From IMG/VR virus record IMGVR_UViG_3300033995_001164, positions 124,001-188,000 of that record: a DNA stretch of 64,000 nucleotides; one strand, given 5' to 3'. The position numbers and the translations under genes were made by a program. This document shows positions 18,671 to 28,812 of this stretch, one piece after another. The stretch's first letter is position 1; every line of letters starts with the position of its first letter. Below the pieces are notes generated by a model, which ran no database searches, was not told the DNA's origin, and saw only the letters and a list, made by a program, of their open reading frames with translations.

Positions 18671-21559
18671 ATGGATGTAAGTCTCGAGTCAAAAGCATTG
18701 TCCTTATTGGAAACCTATGAAGGTGGTAATAACTACCTTATTGAATTAAAACGAAAGTCACAATTAAATAGAAAGTTTTACCCAACAAGGAGTCAATCAG
18801 AATACATAATTAACAATCACGATAAACAACCCAAAGTTGCCAAGAAATGGGTAATTCTTGATACCTACTTCGCACAGAAACTTGCGGATGATAAATTGTA
18901 TACTGAAATACCACAAAAGGTATGGGTTGAGAAATTATTATCGGATAAAGAAAAAGCGTATCATATTTGGGGTAGAGTATTTGAAACCGAAGAGTTCCAT
19001 CATTTTTGGTTACCTAAAGCGGCAATCATTAAAGATAACACCGTTAAAAACGTTGTAATTGATTATTCAAAATACTCTAATCGTCCTCCTCTTGAACATC
19101 AAAAAGAAGCCGTCCAAAAATTAGTTGAGAATAAGAAGTTTATTCTTGCTGACGATATGGGGTTGGGTAAAGCTGAATTTGTTGAGAATAAAGTATTTAC
19201 CCCATATGGTAGAAAAAGAATTGGAGATTTAGAAATTGGTGATGAAGTTATTGGTAGTGATGGTAAGAAATGTAATGTTCAAGGTGTTTATCCTCAAGGA
19301 ATTAAAGATTTATATAGAGTAACATTTAACGATGGAGTTTCTGTCTTAGTCTGTAAAGAACATTTATTTTCTGTTAGGGCGCGAAGTTTTGGTCATAATA
19401 CTAAAAATTCTCGTAATAAAAAAAACATTGTTTTATCTATTGGTCAAATGATTGATGAAGAATTATTTTTAGAAGTCTCAGGTGAGAAAAATAATATTAA
19501 TAGAAATTATAAATTTAAAACTTATTTTAAGGAAAAAGGAGGTAATAGTAAGTGGCAAATACCTATTGTTAAACCAATTGAATTTGTTGATAATGAAATC
19601 CCGGTAAATCCTTATTTACTTGGGTTAATTTTAGGTGATGGAGGTATCAGTCAAAAAAGTATTATGTTTAGTTCCGCAGATGATGAAATCATAGAATATA
19701 TTAAAGAATTATTACCTGAAAATACTCAAATAATTAAAAAGAAAAATACTAAATATGATTATTCCATTACAAAAAAAAATGGTCACAATAATCCTATCAC
19801 ACAAATTCTTAAAAATTTAAATTTAATGGGTTGTACTTCTCATAATAAATTTGTCCCGGATTGTTTTAAATATACCTCAATTGAAAATAGATTAGAAATT
19901 TTAAAAGGTTTAATGGATACTGATGGAACTTGTTGCCTCAATAAAAAAGGAAATTTTGAAGGGACTGAATTTTCAACTGTATCGGAAAGATTATGTGATG
20001 ATGTTATTGAAATCGTACATAGTTTAGGTGGTATTGCCAAAAAAAAAAGTAGAACAACTAACTATACATACAAGGGTGAAAAAAAAGAAGGTAAAAAATC
20101 TTATAGAGTTAACATAAAATTACCATCAGGGATGAATCCATTTAAACTTAAAAGAAAATACGATTTATACAATACTCCCGAAAAATATAAGGTTGGTAGA
20201 TATATTAAAGATATTAAATTTGAGGGTAATGGTGAGGCTATTTGTATTTCAGTAGATTCTCCTGATAAATTATATGTAACTGAACACGCAATTGTTACAC
20301 ATAACACAACTTCTACCATTATTGCCGCTTTAGAAACGGGAGCGAAGAAAATTTTAATTATTTGTCCCGCAACTCTTAAAATTAACTGGAAAAGAGAAAT
20401 TGAAAATTATTCGGATAGAAGTATCTATATCTCAGAAGGAAAACAATTTAGTACCGAAGATGATTTTGTTATCGTTAATTACGATATTATGAAGAATTTT
20501 CACGACCCAAAAAAGAAAGATGATTCTTTAATCTTAATGTCAAAATTTGATTTAATTATTATTGATGAAGCTCATTATATTAAAAATGCTCAAGCTCAAC
20601 GAACAAAACTTATTAATGACATTACAAAAAGTGTTGATAGGTTGTGGTTATTAACTGGTACACCAATGACTTCCCGTCCAATCGATTATTTTAATTTACT
20701 TAGTTTAATTGATTCACCTGTAGCCAAGAATTGGATGGCATATGTTATTCGTTATTGTTCTGGTTTTCAATTTAAAGTTGGTCCAAGAAAAATTTGGAAT
20801 GTTCAAGGGGCATCTAATCTTGAAGAATTACGAGATAGAACTGCAGGTCTTACTTTGAGAAGGTTGAAAGAAAATGTTTTAGATTTACCAGATAAAATTA
20901 TTACTCCGGTTTACTTAAGATTAAAGTCTAAACTTTATGAAGAAGTAATGGGTGATTATTACAATTGGTATGAAAAGAACCCTGAAGAATCAAAATCCTT
21001 AACAGTTCAATTCACAAAACTTACTAAAATTCGTCAAATTATTGCAGATGAAAAAATTACTCAAACAATAGAAATTGCGGAAAATATTATCGAACAAGAT
21101 AAAAAAGTCATAATTTTTTGTAACTTTACCGATTCATTAAATAAAATTACAGAACATTTTGGAAAAGCGGCGGTTAAACTCGATGGTTCAATGTCTAAAG
21201 TTGAGAGACAATTCAGTGTGGACCAATTCCAAGAAAATGATAAGATAAAAGTATTTGTCGGTAATATTAAAGCTGCCGGTGTTGGTATTACATTGACATC
21301 TGCTGAAGCGGTAATTTTTAATGATTTATCGTTTTTACCTTCCGACCATGCACAATCAGAAGACCGGGCATATAGATATGGACAAAAAAACAACGTATTA
21401 GTTTATTACCCAATTTTTGAAAATACAATTGAGGGAATTATCTACGACATACTTCATAATAAGAAACAAGTGATTGCAACCGTCATGGGAGATAATCAAA
21501 ATACTGCTGACGCAGCTGAAGAAATTATGACAAAAATTAATAGTTTAAGAAAAAAATAA
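18671..21559 (+). CDS. SNF2/SF2 helicase containing an intein
   Basis: Walker A LADDMGLGK|T interrupted by an intein; DEAH box, LTGTP, and helicase-C motifs QSEDRAYRYGQ. Confidence 0.92.
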   Translation: MDVSLESKALSLLETYEGGNNYLIELKRKSQLNRKFYPTRSQSEYIINNHDKQPKVAKKWVILDTYFAQKLADDKLYTEIPQKVWVEKLLSDKEKAYHIWGRVFETEEFHHFWLPKAAIIKDNTVKNVVIDYSKYSNRPPLEHQKEAVQKLVENKKFILADDMGLGKAEFVENKVFTPYGRKRIGDLEIGDEVIGSDGKKCNVQGVYPQGIKDLYRVTFNDGVSVLVCKEHLFSVRARSFGHNTKNSRNKKNIVLSIGQMIDEELFLEVSGEKNNINRNYKFKTYFKEKGGNSKWQIPIVKPIEFVDNEIPVNPYLLGLILGDGGISQKSIMFSSADDEIIEYIKELLPENTQIIKKKNTKYDYSITKKNGHNNPITQILKNLNLMGCTSHNKFVPDCFKYTSIENRLEILKGLMDTDGTCCLNKKGNFEGTEFSTVSERLCDDVIEIVHSLGGIAKKKSRTTNYTYKGEKKEGKKSYRVNIKLPSGMNPFKLKRKYDLYNTPEKYKVGRYIKDIKFEGNGEAICISVDSPDKLYVTEHAIVTHNTTSTIIAALETGAKKILIICPATLKINWKREIENYSDRSIYISEGKQFSTEDDFVIVNYDIMKNFHDPKKKDDSLILMSKFDLIIIDEAHYIKNAQAQRTKLINDITKSVDRLWLLTGTPMTSRPIDYFNLLSLIDSPVAKNWMAYVIRYCSGFQFKVGPRKIWNVQGASNLEELRDRTAGLTLRRLKENVLDLPDKIITPVYLRLKSKLYEEVMGDYYNWYEKNPEESKSLTVQFTKLTKIRQIIADEKITQTIEIAENIIEQDKKVIIFCNFTDSLNKITEHFGKAAVKLDGSMSKVERQFSVDQFQENDKIKVFVGNIKAAGVGITLTSAEAVIFNDLSFLPSDHAQSEDRAYRYGQKNNVLVYYPIFENTIEGIIYDILHNKKQVIATVMGDNQNTADAAEEIMTKINSLRKK
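19172..20305 (+). mobile_element. 378-aa intein with LAGLIDADG endonuclease (Ala1, class 3-like)
   Basis: Starts AEFVENKVF after GLGK and ends IVTHN before Thr+1. LAGLIDADG motifs LLGLILGDG and LKGLMDTDG; block F AICISVD has Cys at F4. Confidence 0.92.
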
Positions 21560-21625
21560 TTGAATAATTTTGATTATTGTTTTTATTTATATATATTTGT
21601 TCCCTAATTATAAAAACAAGCCTAT

Positions 21626-22462
21626 ATGACAACTGTTAAGACAAGTACATATTTAATTTTACTGACTGAAAAAGCCGAAAAATGTTCTCCATCCAAAGTG
21701 GAAGAATGTAGATTATTATTTAATAATAATCCCACCGTTAAGAATCTATTTAAAAATAGTATTAACCAAATCTTAAAAGAAGTTTTTCACCAATATTACT
21801 ATGAAAAAGATAAGTATTCTCCGGGAGAATCTTATGGTATTTATGATTTAGAAATGCCGGGTCGGTCAGTAATTAACAAACTAAACACAAACTATAGTGC
21901 GTTTAGTGTATTATTACGAGATGTTAATAAAGTACTCTCGGCCTTACAACAACCCATAATCATATTCCAATTCCAAACAGCCCAAGGACAAATTAGTGAA
22001 GTTAAAAGATTAAATCAATTTATCTACGAATATAAAAATAGAATATTCAATACCACTTCCCCTACATTCCAATCTTTAATGATGGTTCTGAATCAAACTC
22101 ACGCTTGGGGTCAAAAACGAGAAGACACCACAATTGAAATACTTAAAAAACGATTCGGGGGTAATAATATTATACCAATTGGTAAACTTGGAAGTAGTGA
22201 AGATATGATTGGTGGTGTTGATTGTAAAATAACTGTCGATGGTGTTTTAAAAACCTCTCAAATTAAACCATTTACTCATTTTAAAACCGAAAATGGTGCT
22301 ACTACAATAATGGGGTCCGGAAATGTTAAACGATATGATACTAATTGGTTGATATTCGCAAAAAATAATAAAGAAATTTTAATATTTGAAAATAAAAATA
22401 TTAAAATTGACGAAGGTAATTTTGTTTTTCCAGAACAAAATTTAATTTATAGTCTTTCTTGA
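21626..22462 (+). CDS. Putative PD-(D/E)XK-fold nuclease
   Basis: 278 aa; C-terminal EDMIGGVDCKITVDGVLKTSQIKPF resembles a D...GxD...QxK nuclease core. Confidence 0.45.
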   Translation: MTTVKTSTYLILLTEKAEKCSPSKVEECRLLFNNNPTVKNLFKNSINQILKEVFHQYYYEKDKYSPGESYGIYDLEMPGRSVINKLNTNYSAFSVLLRDVNKVLSALQQPIIIFQFQTAQGQISEVKRLNQFIYEYKNRIFNTTSPTFQSLMMVLNQTHAWGQKREDTTIEILKKRFGGNNIIPIGKLGSSEDMIGGVDCKITVDGVLKTSQIKPFTHFKTENGATTIMGSGNVKRYDTNWLIFAKNNKEILIFENKNIKIDEGNFVFPEQNLIYSLS

Positions 22463-22473
22463 TATTTATAATT

Positions 22474-23601
22474 ATGGCAGTTATACCGGAACCAGAAAGA
22501 AGTAAAATATATACGAGGGTCAAACATCAATTAGGAGCACCACTTAGAAGTGTTGAACTTGAAGATGAAATGATGGATTCGTTAATGGAATTATCTATTG
22601 GAGATTACGAAGAATATGTTCTTCAGTGGTTGATAGATAGTCAATGGGTTAATTTAGTTAATCTAAACATGAATGAGAAATCAGTTGCGAAGGCATTGAT
22701 TACTCGAACAATGGACTTTGAACAACAATTTAGTTATTCATATTCAAAAATTGTGGGTCTTCAAACAGAAGGTCCTTGGGTTCTAAAGAAGGACTATTTT
22801 GTATTAAGTGCAAACACTCAAACTTATGAGATTCCAGCGGGTCGAGAGGTTAATGAATTATTATGGTTTAGTGATAGACCATGGAACGCATTTGGATTAG
22901 GAGGGGCTGCCGGTGGATTTGGTATGGGTATGGGTCTTGGTGCTAGTGAGGCGGGGTTCGCCCAAATGGGAAATCAAGGTTCTTACTTTATGATGTCAGG
23001 TTTTGATTATTTATCGAGAATGCAAGAAGCAAATGTCATGAGTAGAATTTTAGGAGGTTCGCTTACCTATAGAATTACCGGATTACCTGATGGTAAGAAA
23101 AATATTCATTTATACAATACACCGGGAGGAAGATTTAATTGGAATAATATTAATGGTTATGTGGGTAAAGCCGTGTGGTATTGGTATTATGATGTGTCTC
23201 CTGATAATAGAGCCGATTGTTTAAAAAATAATCCTGATGTAATTAAATTACCGTCAGATGTTCCAATGGATAATTTAACTTGGGAAGAGTTAAATATACC
23301 GGGTCAACAATGGGTTAGAAGATGGTTTACTGCATATTGTAAAGAAACATTGGCAAGAGTTAGAGGAAAGTATAGTGGTAATCTTAAGACACCTGATAGT
23401 GAATTAACAATGGATTATCAATCATTATCGACTGAATCAAAAGATGAAAAATCAAAATTAATTGAAGAATTAACAGGTGCTGAAGGTTGGTTAACAAGAT
23501 TAAGACCTGAAAAAGTAATGGAAAGAGAAGCATTAATTGCTGAAAACTTAAACAAACAAATGAAATTTAGAGCAATGCCTCGACAAATTTACGTAATATA
23601 A
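22474..23601 (+). CDS. Neck / head-tail adaptor protein (T4 gp13-like)
   Basis: RVKHQLGAPLRSVELEDEMMD and KETLARVRGKYSG motifs. Start moved from TTG 22459 to ATG 22474, which follows TATTTAT at 22463. Confidence 0.75.
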   Translation: MAVIPEPERSKIYTRVKHQLGAPLRSVELEDEMMDSLMELSIGDYEEYVLQWLIDSQWVNLVNLNMNEKSVAKALITRTMDFEQQFSYSYSKIVGLQTEGPWVLKKDYFVLSANTQTYEIPAGREVNELLWFSDRPWNAFGLGGAAGGFGMGMGLGASEAGFAQMGNQGSYFMMSGFDYLSRMQEANVMSRILGGSLTYRITGLPDGKKNIHLYNTPGGRFNWNNINGYVGKAVWYWYYDVSPDNRADCLKNNPDVIKLPSDVPMDNLTWEELNIPGQQWVRRWFTAYCKETLARVRGKYSGNLKTPDSELTMDYQSLSTESKDEKSKLIEELTGAEGWLTRLRPEKVMEREALIAENLNKQMKFRAMPRQIYVI

Positions 23602-23602
23602 T

Positions 23603-23938
23603 ATGGCAATAGTAAAATCAATTCCTTCAAGAAGGATTATAAATGGAATGGTAATTGACACCTCGGAAATATCTGTAGTGTCTGAATCGGATTATAGGAC
23701 AAATGGAGAAAGTTGTATTATTGTTAGAGGTGTCTCAGAATCAATAATTATTTTAGACTCAAAAACAACTGACCATATTGTAATTAAATCAATGACTAAA
23801 GTTACGATAAAACCGGACATTGGAAAAATAGATGAAGACTATGATGAAATAGTTGCCGACCAATATGCTTGTATTGAATTTAGGTTTGTTGGAGGTAATT
23901 GGTACGTGTTGAGCTCAGATGGACTTAAACAATCATAA
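23603..23938 (+). CDS. Hypothetical (probably structural, beta-rich) protein
   Basis: 111 aa; coupled to the neck gene. Confidence 0.75.
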   Translation: MAIVKSIPSRRIINGMVIDTSEISVVSESDYRTNGESCIIVRGVSESIIILDSKTTDHIVIKSMTKVTIKPDIGKIDEDYDEIVADQYACIEFRFVGGNWYVLSSDGLKQS

Positions 23939-23965
23939 AAAAAGTGGATTATATCCACTTTTTTT
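23937..23965. terminator. Bidirectional intrinsic terminator
   Basis: AAAAAAAGTGGAT-TAT-ATCCACTTTTTTT between convergent genes. Confidence 0.8.
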
Positions 23966-24563
23966 ATGTCACTCTATTTCCCTTTTTCATATTATCCTTT
24001 CCCCACAATGGTTGTAGATTAGTATAATTAGATAGTCTGATAATGTCTTCCTCATTTTTTGCCGAAGATAATGGAATTATATGGTCAATATGCCACCCGT
24101 AAAATCCCTTGTTATCCCAAGTCATACCTTCACTAAATTTATCTTCTAAGTATTTTTTCAAAAATGTTGTATCACACCCTAAATAATCTATCGAGCGATT
24201 TTTTTTAATAAGATTATTATCTCTAAAAATATCTTTTAACCTATTTCGATAATTTGTAATTAATTTAAATAATATATCATTGTTATATCTTTCTTTATTT
24301 TTCTTTGACTGATAATTCCTAATTTTATCTTTGTTTTTATCTCTCCATTTTTTATTATATTCGTATAATCTTCCCGGATTTTTTTTAAGAAATTTTTTTT
24401 TAATGTCGTCAGATTTTTCCTGATTATTTTTTCTCCAATTCTCACTGTTCTTATTTTGACATTTTTTACAGTTAGACCTTAATCCATCATGAGAATCCCC
24501 ATTTCTATAAAAATCACAAACATTTTTTTCTTCTTTACATTTACTACAAGTTTTTGTTTCCAT
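23964..24563 (-). mobile_element. Free-standing HNH homing endonuclease gene
   Basis: 199 aa; N-terminal CSKC...CKKC zinc motif, C-terminal WHIDHIIP...NLQPLW..DN. Confidence 0.85.
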
Positions 24564-24705
24564 CTTTTCTATAATCTTTAAGTAATTGATTCACTAATGA
24601 TGATAAATTAATGTGAAGTCCTCGATAATAAGTTAATAGTTCAGGGTCTAACGCCACCGATACTTTAGTTTTCCTTTCTTCTTCTAATTTTAATTTTCTT
24701 CCCAT
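24544..24705 (-). CDS. Small RHH-like protein overlapping the HNH start
   Basis: Hand-translated MGRKLKLEEERKTKVSVALDPELLTYYRGLHINLSSLVNQLLKDYRKDGNKNL* (53 aa); TATTTAT 5 nt upstream. Confidence 0.75.
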   Translation of the reverse strand: MGRKLKLEEERKTKVSVALDPELLTYYRGLHINLSSLVNQLLKDYRKDGNKNL

Positions 24706-24752
24706 AATAATAAATATCTATAAATATAGTAAAAGTGTGATGATTCACAAAA

Positions 24753-27467
24753 TTATTTTATATATTCTTCCCACCCTTCTTCCGCCAAATCATAAATGTA
24801 ATCAGGGCTAACACCAACTCTGTCCCAAAATTTTAGTTCTAAGTCTGTAATTTCTAATAACTCCTCCACAGTGTCTTGGTCACCATCTTTTAACGGATTC
24901 CCACTAATTAATTCACATTGAGACTTGGTAAATATACCTCTTTTTTCAGGTTCATTGACTAATAAATTATTTCTGACCTCATCTTGAAATACAACCATTA
25001 GTGGTAATAGTTTTTTATTGAAAGTAACAACAGCCCTTGCGACATTATAATCACCTTTTAAATCAGGGTTATCCGTTAGAATATCTTTATCTAATAAATA
25101 ACAATTCAATTGAACCCCGTCATTCTTTTTTTGTACATCTCCATGAGAAGCTCTTAACCCATTGTTAACATACATAATAACATCACCCAAATTAACTTTT
25201 AAGTTTTCTTGTATTGCTAATTCCAAATGAGCCATGCGTGACATACTATTTCCAGATTTTGTTTTAGTCGTCAATCGTTTCTTATAATCATCTAACGATA
25301 ATTTAACTCTAGCCCTTTGAGCAATTTTACTTAATGAAATTTCTTTATTATAAATCTTTTGTAGGTATTCATAGTAATATTCAACAAACCCCTGACCATT
25401 ACCCTCTAATAATAATTTAACACCTTTGTCTAAAAATTCCTCAATATATAAAGGTAGTTTTTTAGATTTAATTGAATTTCCGGTTAGTTTAATTTTACCA
25501 TTAGTTTCCATTACGGCATAATTTTTTCGAGCGAGATTAATACAACTCACCCAAGTTCCGTCACAGTCTAAGGCCATTTCACCTTTTTGGAAAATATCGT
25601 TATATTCAGCAACATCGGCGTAATAACCCTCATAAACTTTATCTTTTTTTACTTTCCAATTTAACCCTTTACCAATATATCTACGAGTTTCAACTCCATC
25701 GGGGATTGTAAAGTTCATACCATCAGTATCGCAAACCAAAGAAGTATAACCTTTTTTGGTAAAAAACTTTAACATCTGTCTTAAATATTGTCTACCGGTA
25801 CAGGTAATTTTTTCACCCTTATTCATATCTCCCCAAGCGTATACTTGTGGAGCCGATAAAGCACCAAATAACGAATTAATGAAAATCTTAATTGGTAACT
25901 GCTTATTACCATATGACTCAGATTTTGCTTTGTCTGTTTCATAAAACTCCTCAGCTAATTGTTTATATTTGATACGAGTATTACGGAAATAGGTTAACAT
26001 ACCTTTCATTGCTCCCGTAACATCACAATCAGGAAATACATCGTGTACCAATTGAATTGAGGGATATAGGGAGCTAAAGTCAAGTTTTAGTACATTCTTA
26101 CTATAACCAACTTTTAAGAGTCTTGAAAGACCCCCTACGAAGTCAGTCTTAGGTTCTTTAACTGGAATGGCTAAATTATATTTATATGACCACGCTAAAA
26201 GTAACATTCTCCACAGACTTGCAGTACCCATTGTTGAAACCCTTTCATATGTTGTTGGAATCATTGCCGCCAATAAGAATGAACCTTGGTTGAACTCTTG
26301 GTCAACTTTAAGGGTTTCATCTAAGTCATCGTCAAGATACATCTCTACTAACTTATCTCCACTAGTTTTCTCGTAAGTATCAATTCGTCTTTTACATATT
26401 TCATCAATCTTAGGGTCAACACCAACTTTCTTGTAATTACCATTAGTAGTGTTTAACCAAAAATCTTCCTTGTTGGCATAAAATGGACCAATGTCTAAGT
26501 GGTCAATGTAAACACGACTTGGAGATTCCGCATTAATGTATTTGGTGATATATTTTAAACCAGCCGCTTTAATACTTGAGTTGATTGCTTGAGCCCTACG
26601 AACCGCATGGATAATATCAATAACGTTATAACCCCAAATAGAAGTTTGAGTATAAGTCTCAACCTCATTAGCCAATTTTAACATACCATCTTTACGAGTA
26701 TAAGAATGGTTAGGGTTTAATGATTTACATACCTTTTTCAAATCAATCCCCAATATTTTACTTCTTTCAAATATCCAATGCCAGTCAAAGTTTGCCGAGT
26801 TATATCCACCAATAATTGATGGCTTAAGTTCATTGATTACTTTAAAAAATTCAATGATTGCCCCCTTTTCTTCGTTTTCATCAGTACACTCAATCACTCT
26901 ATGGAATCCTTTATTGGTTTTGATTCCAATCATAAAGATACGACCATCCTTAGGTTCAAGGGAGGTCGTCTCCAAGTCATAAACCATTCGAGTAACCTCG
27001 TTATAGTTTTCAAACCCTTTGAATAATCTTTTTTCTTTGGATACAAGGTATTGTTCCACCGGAGATAAAAGAGTTATTTTATCCTTGGCTTTATCACCCC
27101 ATGGGTCACATCCTCCATCTCTAAAGAATTGGATAAGTTCTCTATATCCTTTCATGGATTTAACCAAATAGGTTAAGCCCTTTTCAAGACGTTCATTTCC
27201 ATGAGTTTCCAATTTCTCAATCAGAATTCCATACTTGGACATGGCTTCTTTCTGAGCAGCCCTTGAATCGTTATAAAATTTTAGTTGTTTTAAATCACCC
27301 ACCCAAGCGAACGGGGTAAAAGTGTCTTTACGGATTTCTTTTCCTTTGCCAGGAACTTCACGTACTTTGTAAATACAGTTGTCTCGGTAGTCATACTCGA
27401 TGGCAACTATAAATTCTTCCGGGTCATTTCCGTGGAGGAATGACTCAATTTCTTTACTGTCTATCAT
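24753..27467 (-). CDS. Family B DNA polymerase
   Basis: 904 aa; Exo motifs YDLET and GYNSANFD; Pol motifs DFSSLYPS, KIFINSLFG and CDTDG. Confidence 0.95.
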   Translation of the reverse strand: MIDSKEIESFLHGNDPEEFIVAIEYDYRDNCIYKVREVPGKGKEIRKDTFTPFAWVGDLKQLKFYNDSRAAQKEAMSKYGILIEKLETHGNERLEKGLTYLVKSMKGYRELIQFFRDGGCDPWGDKAKDKITLLSPVEQYLVSKEKRLFKGFENYNEVTRMVYDLETTSLEPKDGRIFMIGIKTNKGFHRVIECTDENEEKGAIIEFFKVINELKPSIIGGYNSANFDWHWIFERSKILGIDLKKVCKSLNPNHSYTRKDGMLKLANEVETYTQTSIWGYNVIDIIHAVRRAQAINSSIKAAGLKYITKYINAESPSRVYIDHLDIGPFYANKEDFWLNTTNGNYKKVGVDPKIDEICKRRIDTYEKTSGDKLVEMYLDDDLDETLKVDQEFNQGSFLLAAMIPTTYERVSTMGTASLWRMLLLAWSYKYNLAIPVKEPKTDFVGGLSRLLKVGYSKNVLKLDFSSLYPSIQLVHDVFPDCDVTGAMKGMLTYFRNTRIKYKQLAEEFYETDKAKSESYGNKQLPIKIFINSLFGALSAPQVYAWGDMNKGEKITCTGRQYLRQMLKFFTKKGYTSLVCDTDGMNFTIPDGVETRRYIGKGLNWKVKKDKVYEGYYADVAEYNDIFQKGEMALDCDGTWVSCINLARKNYAVMETNGKIKLTGNSIKSKKLPLYIEEFLDKGVKLLLEGNGQGFVEYYYEYLQKIYNKEISLSKIAQRARVKLSLDDYKKRLTTKTKSGNSMSRMAHLELAIQENLKVNLGDVIMYVNNGLRASHGDVQKKNDGVQLNCYLLDKDILTDNPDLKGDYNVARAVVTFNKKLLPLMVVFQDEVRNNLLVNEPEKRGIFTKSQCELISGNPLKDGDQDTVEELLEITDLELKFWDRVGVSPDYIYDLAEEGWEEYIK

Positions 27468-27562
27468 ATATTATCTTGGAGTGGTATATTAGCAATCACT
27501 TAGTTGTGAAGTTCACCTTACTCATCGTAGATAAATATAGTTAATTAAATTTAAGAATCAAA

Positions 27563-27940
27563 TTAACAACAAGCGGTTTCCGAAATAAAACTTGGTTGGA
27601 TATTAATATAGAGTTCTTCTCTAATTGGAAGTATTAGATTACCCTCATCATTTTTAATCAGCACCTGACCTTGAAACCTTCCCGGAGTATTTGTATCTCT
27701 TGAAGTAAATTTATAATATACATAATATTCAGTTGGTGCACCGTCAGGTAATATTAAAGAAACTATACTACAAGGAGCCGAAACGATTTTAGGTATTCCC
27801 GTCTCCACGTCAATCATTGTAAAAAATATTGTAGAAACTTCCAAATCTCTCATAAGTTGTTCATACCCTGAGCGCCCATCTTTTACAATTTGAAATTTTA
27901 AGACCGGTAAGTTTGAATTCTGTTTAATAAAAAATTCCAT
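27563..27940 (-). CDS. BppU N-terminal-like domain protein
   Basis: 125 aa; FFIKQNSNLPVLKFQI...YKFTSRDTNTPGRFQGQV pattern. Confidence 0.55.
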   Translation of the reverse strand: MEFFIKQNSNLPVLKFQIVKDGRSGYEQLMRDLEVSTIFFTMIDVETGIPKIVSAPCSIVSLILPDGAPTEYYVYYKFTSRDTNTPGRFQGQVLIKNDEGNLILPIREELYINIQPSFISETACC

Positions 27941-28022
27941 TTTTTTTGTTTATTAATAAATATATCGTATTTTTGTTTTAATAAAGTATAACTTTTCATA
28001 CTTTACAAGATATTTATAGTAT

Positions 28023-28175
28023 ATGAAACCAAGAAAAAAAGAAGAAGAGAAAAAGATTAAATTTGCCATTAGTTTAGACCCTAAATTATTTAAACGAATG
28101 GAAGATGATATCACAAATAAATCGAGACTAATCGAAACTTTACTTAAAGAACATTATGGAAAAAAAGATTTGTAG
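28023..28175 (+). CDS. Small RHH-like protein overlapping the HNH start
   Basis: Hand-translated MKPRKKEEEKKIKFAISLDPKLFKRMEDDITNKSRLIETLLKEHYGKKDL* (50 aa), homologous to 24544..24705; TATTTAT at 28011. Confidence 0.75.
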   Translation: MKPRKKEEEKKIKFAISLDPKLFKRMEDDITNKSRLIETLLKEHYGKKDL

Positions 28176-28812
28176 TAAGTGTAAAGAAGAAAAGGAATTT
28201 TGTGAGTTTAATAAAAGAAAAGATTCGAAAGACGGTCATAGAAATGAGTGTAAAATTTGTTGGTATTTAAAAAGCCAAAATTATATTAAAAAATTTCCAC
28301 AAAAAAAACAAGAATATAATAACAAGTGGTTTTCTAAAAATACTTCTTATTATAAACAATATTATAAAAATAATGAAAAAAAATTTTTAGAGTATAAAAT
28401 AAAATTTAACGGTTTAAACCCGGATTATAATAAAAATTATTATGTTAATAATAAGGATTATTTTTCTGATTATGTAATGTTTAAATACGTTAATAATAAT
28501 TTATTTAGATTATCTCACATCATAAGAAATAGAATTAGAACATTTCTTAAATTAAAAAATCTAACTAAAACAAATAAAACTTTTGATATTGTAGGATGTT
28601 CTCCGGAATTCCTTAAAGAACATTTAGAACAACAATTCACGGAAGGAATGTCTTGGGGTAATCAAGGATTGTACGGATGGCACATTGACCACAAAATACC
28701 ATTATCTTCCTCCAATACCGAAGAAGAAATATATAAACTTTGTCATTATACAAATCTTCAGCCACTATGGGCTGAAGATAATTTGAAAAAAAGTAATAAA
28801 ATAATAAATTAA
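28156..28812 (+). mobile_element. Free-standing HNH homing endonuclease gene
   Basis: 218 aa; paralogue of 23964..24563 (CSKCKEEK...GWHIDH.IPLSS...YTNLQPLW..DN). Confidence 0.85.

Noticed and set aside
22890-22975. Gly-rich stretch in the neck protein (FGLGGAAGGFGMGMGLG)
   Set aside because: A low-complexity loop; Gly-rich inserts are ordinary in gp13-like adaptors.
366-27000. Short antisense or off-frame ORFs in the track (e.g. 881..1066, 2063..2272, 3104..3364, 4874..5152, 8456..8764, 21061..21393)
   Set aside because: They lie wholly within longer, motif-supported genes on the other strand or frame and show no independent signals.
23964-28812. Composite transposon carrying polB between the two HNH cassettes
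   Set aside because: No transposase, terminal inverted repeats or target-site duplications were seen, and the cassettes are diverged paralogues; independent insertions are simpler.
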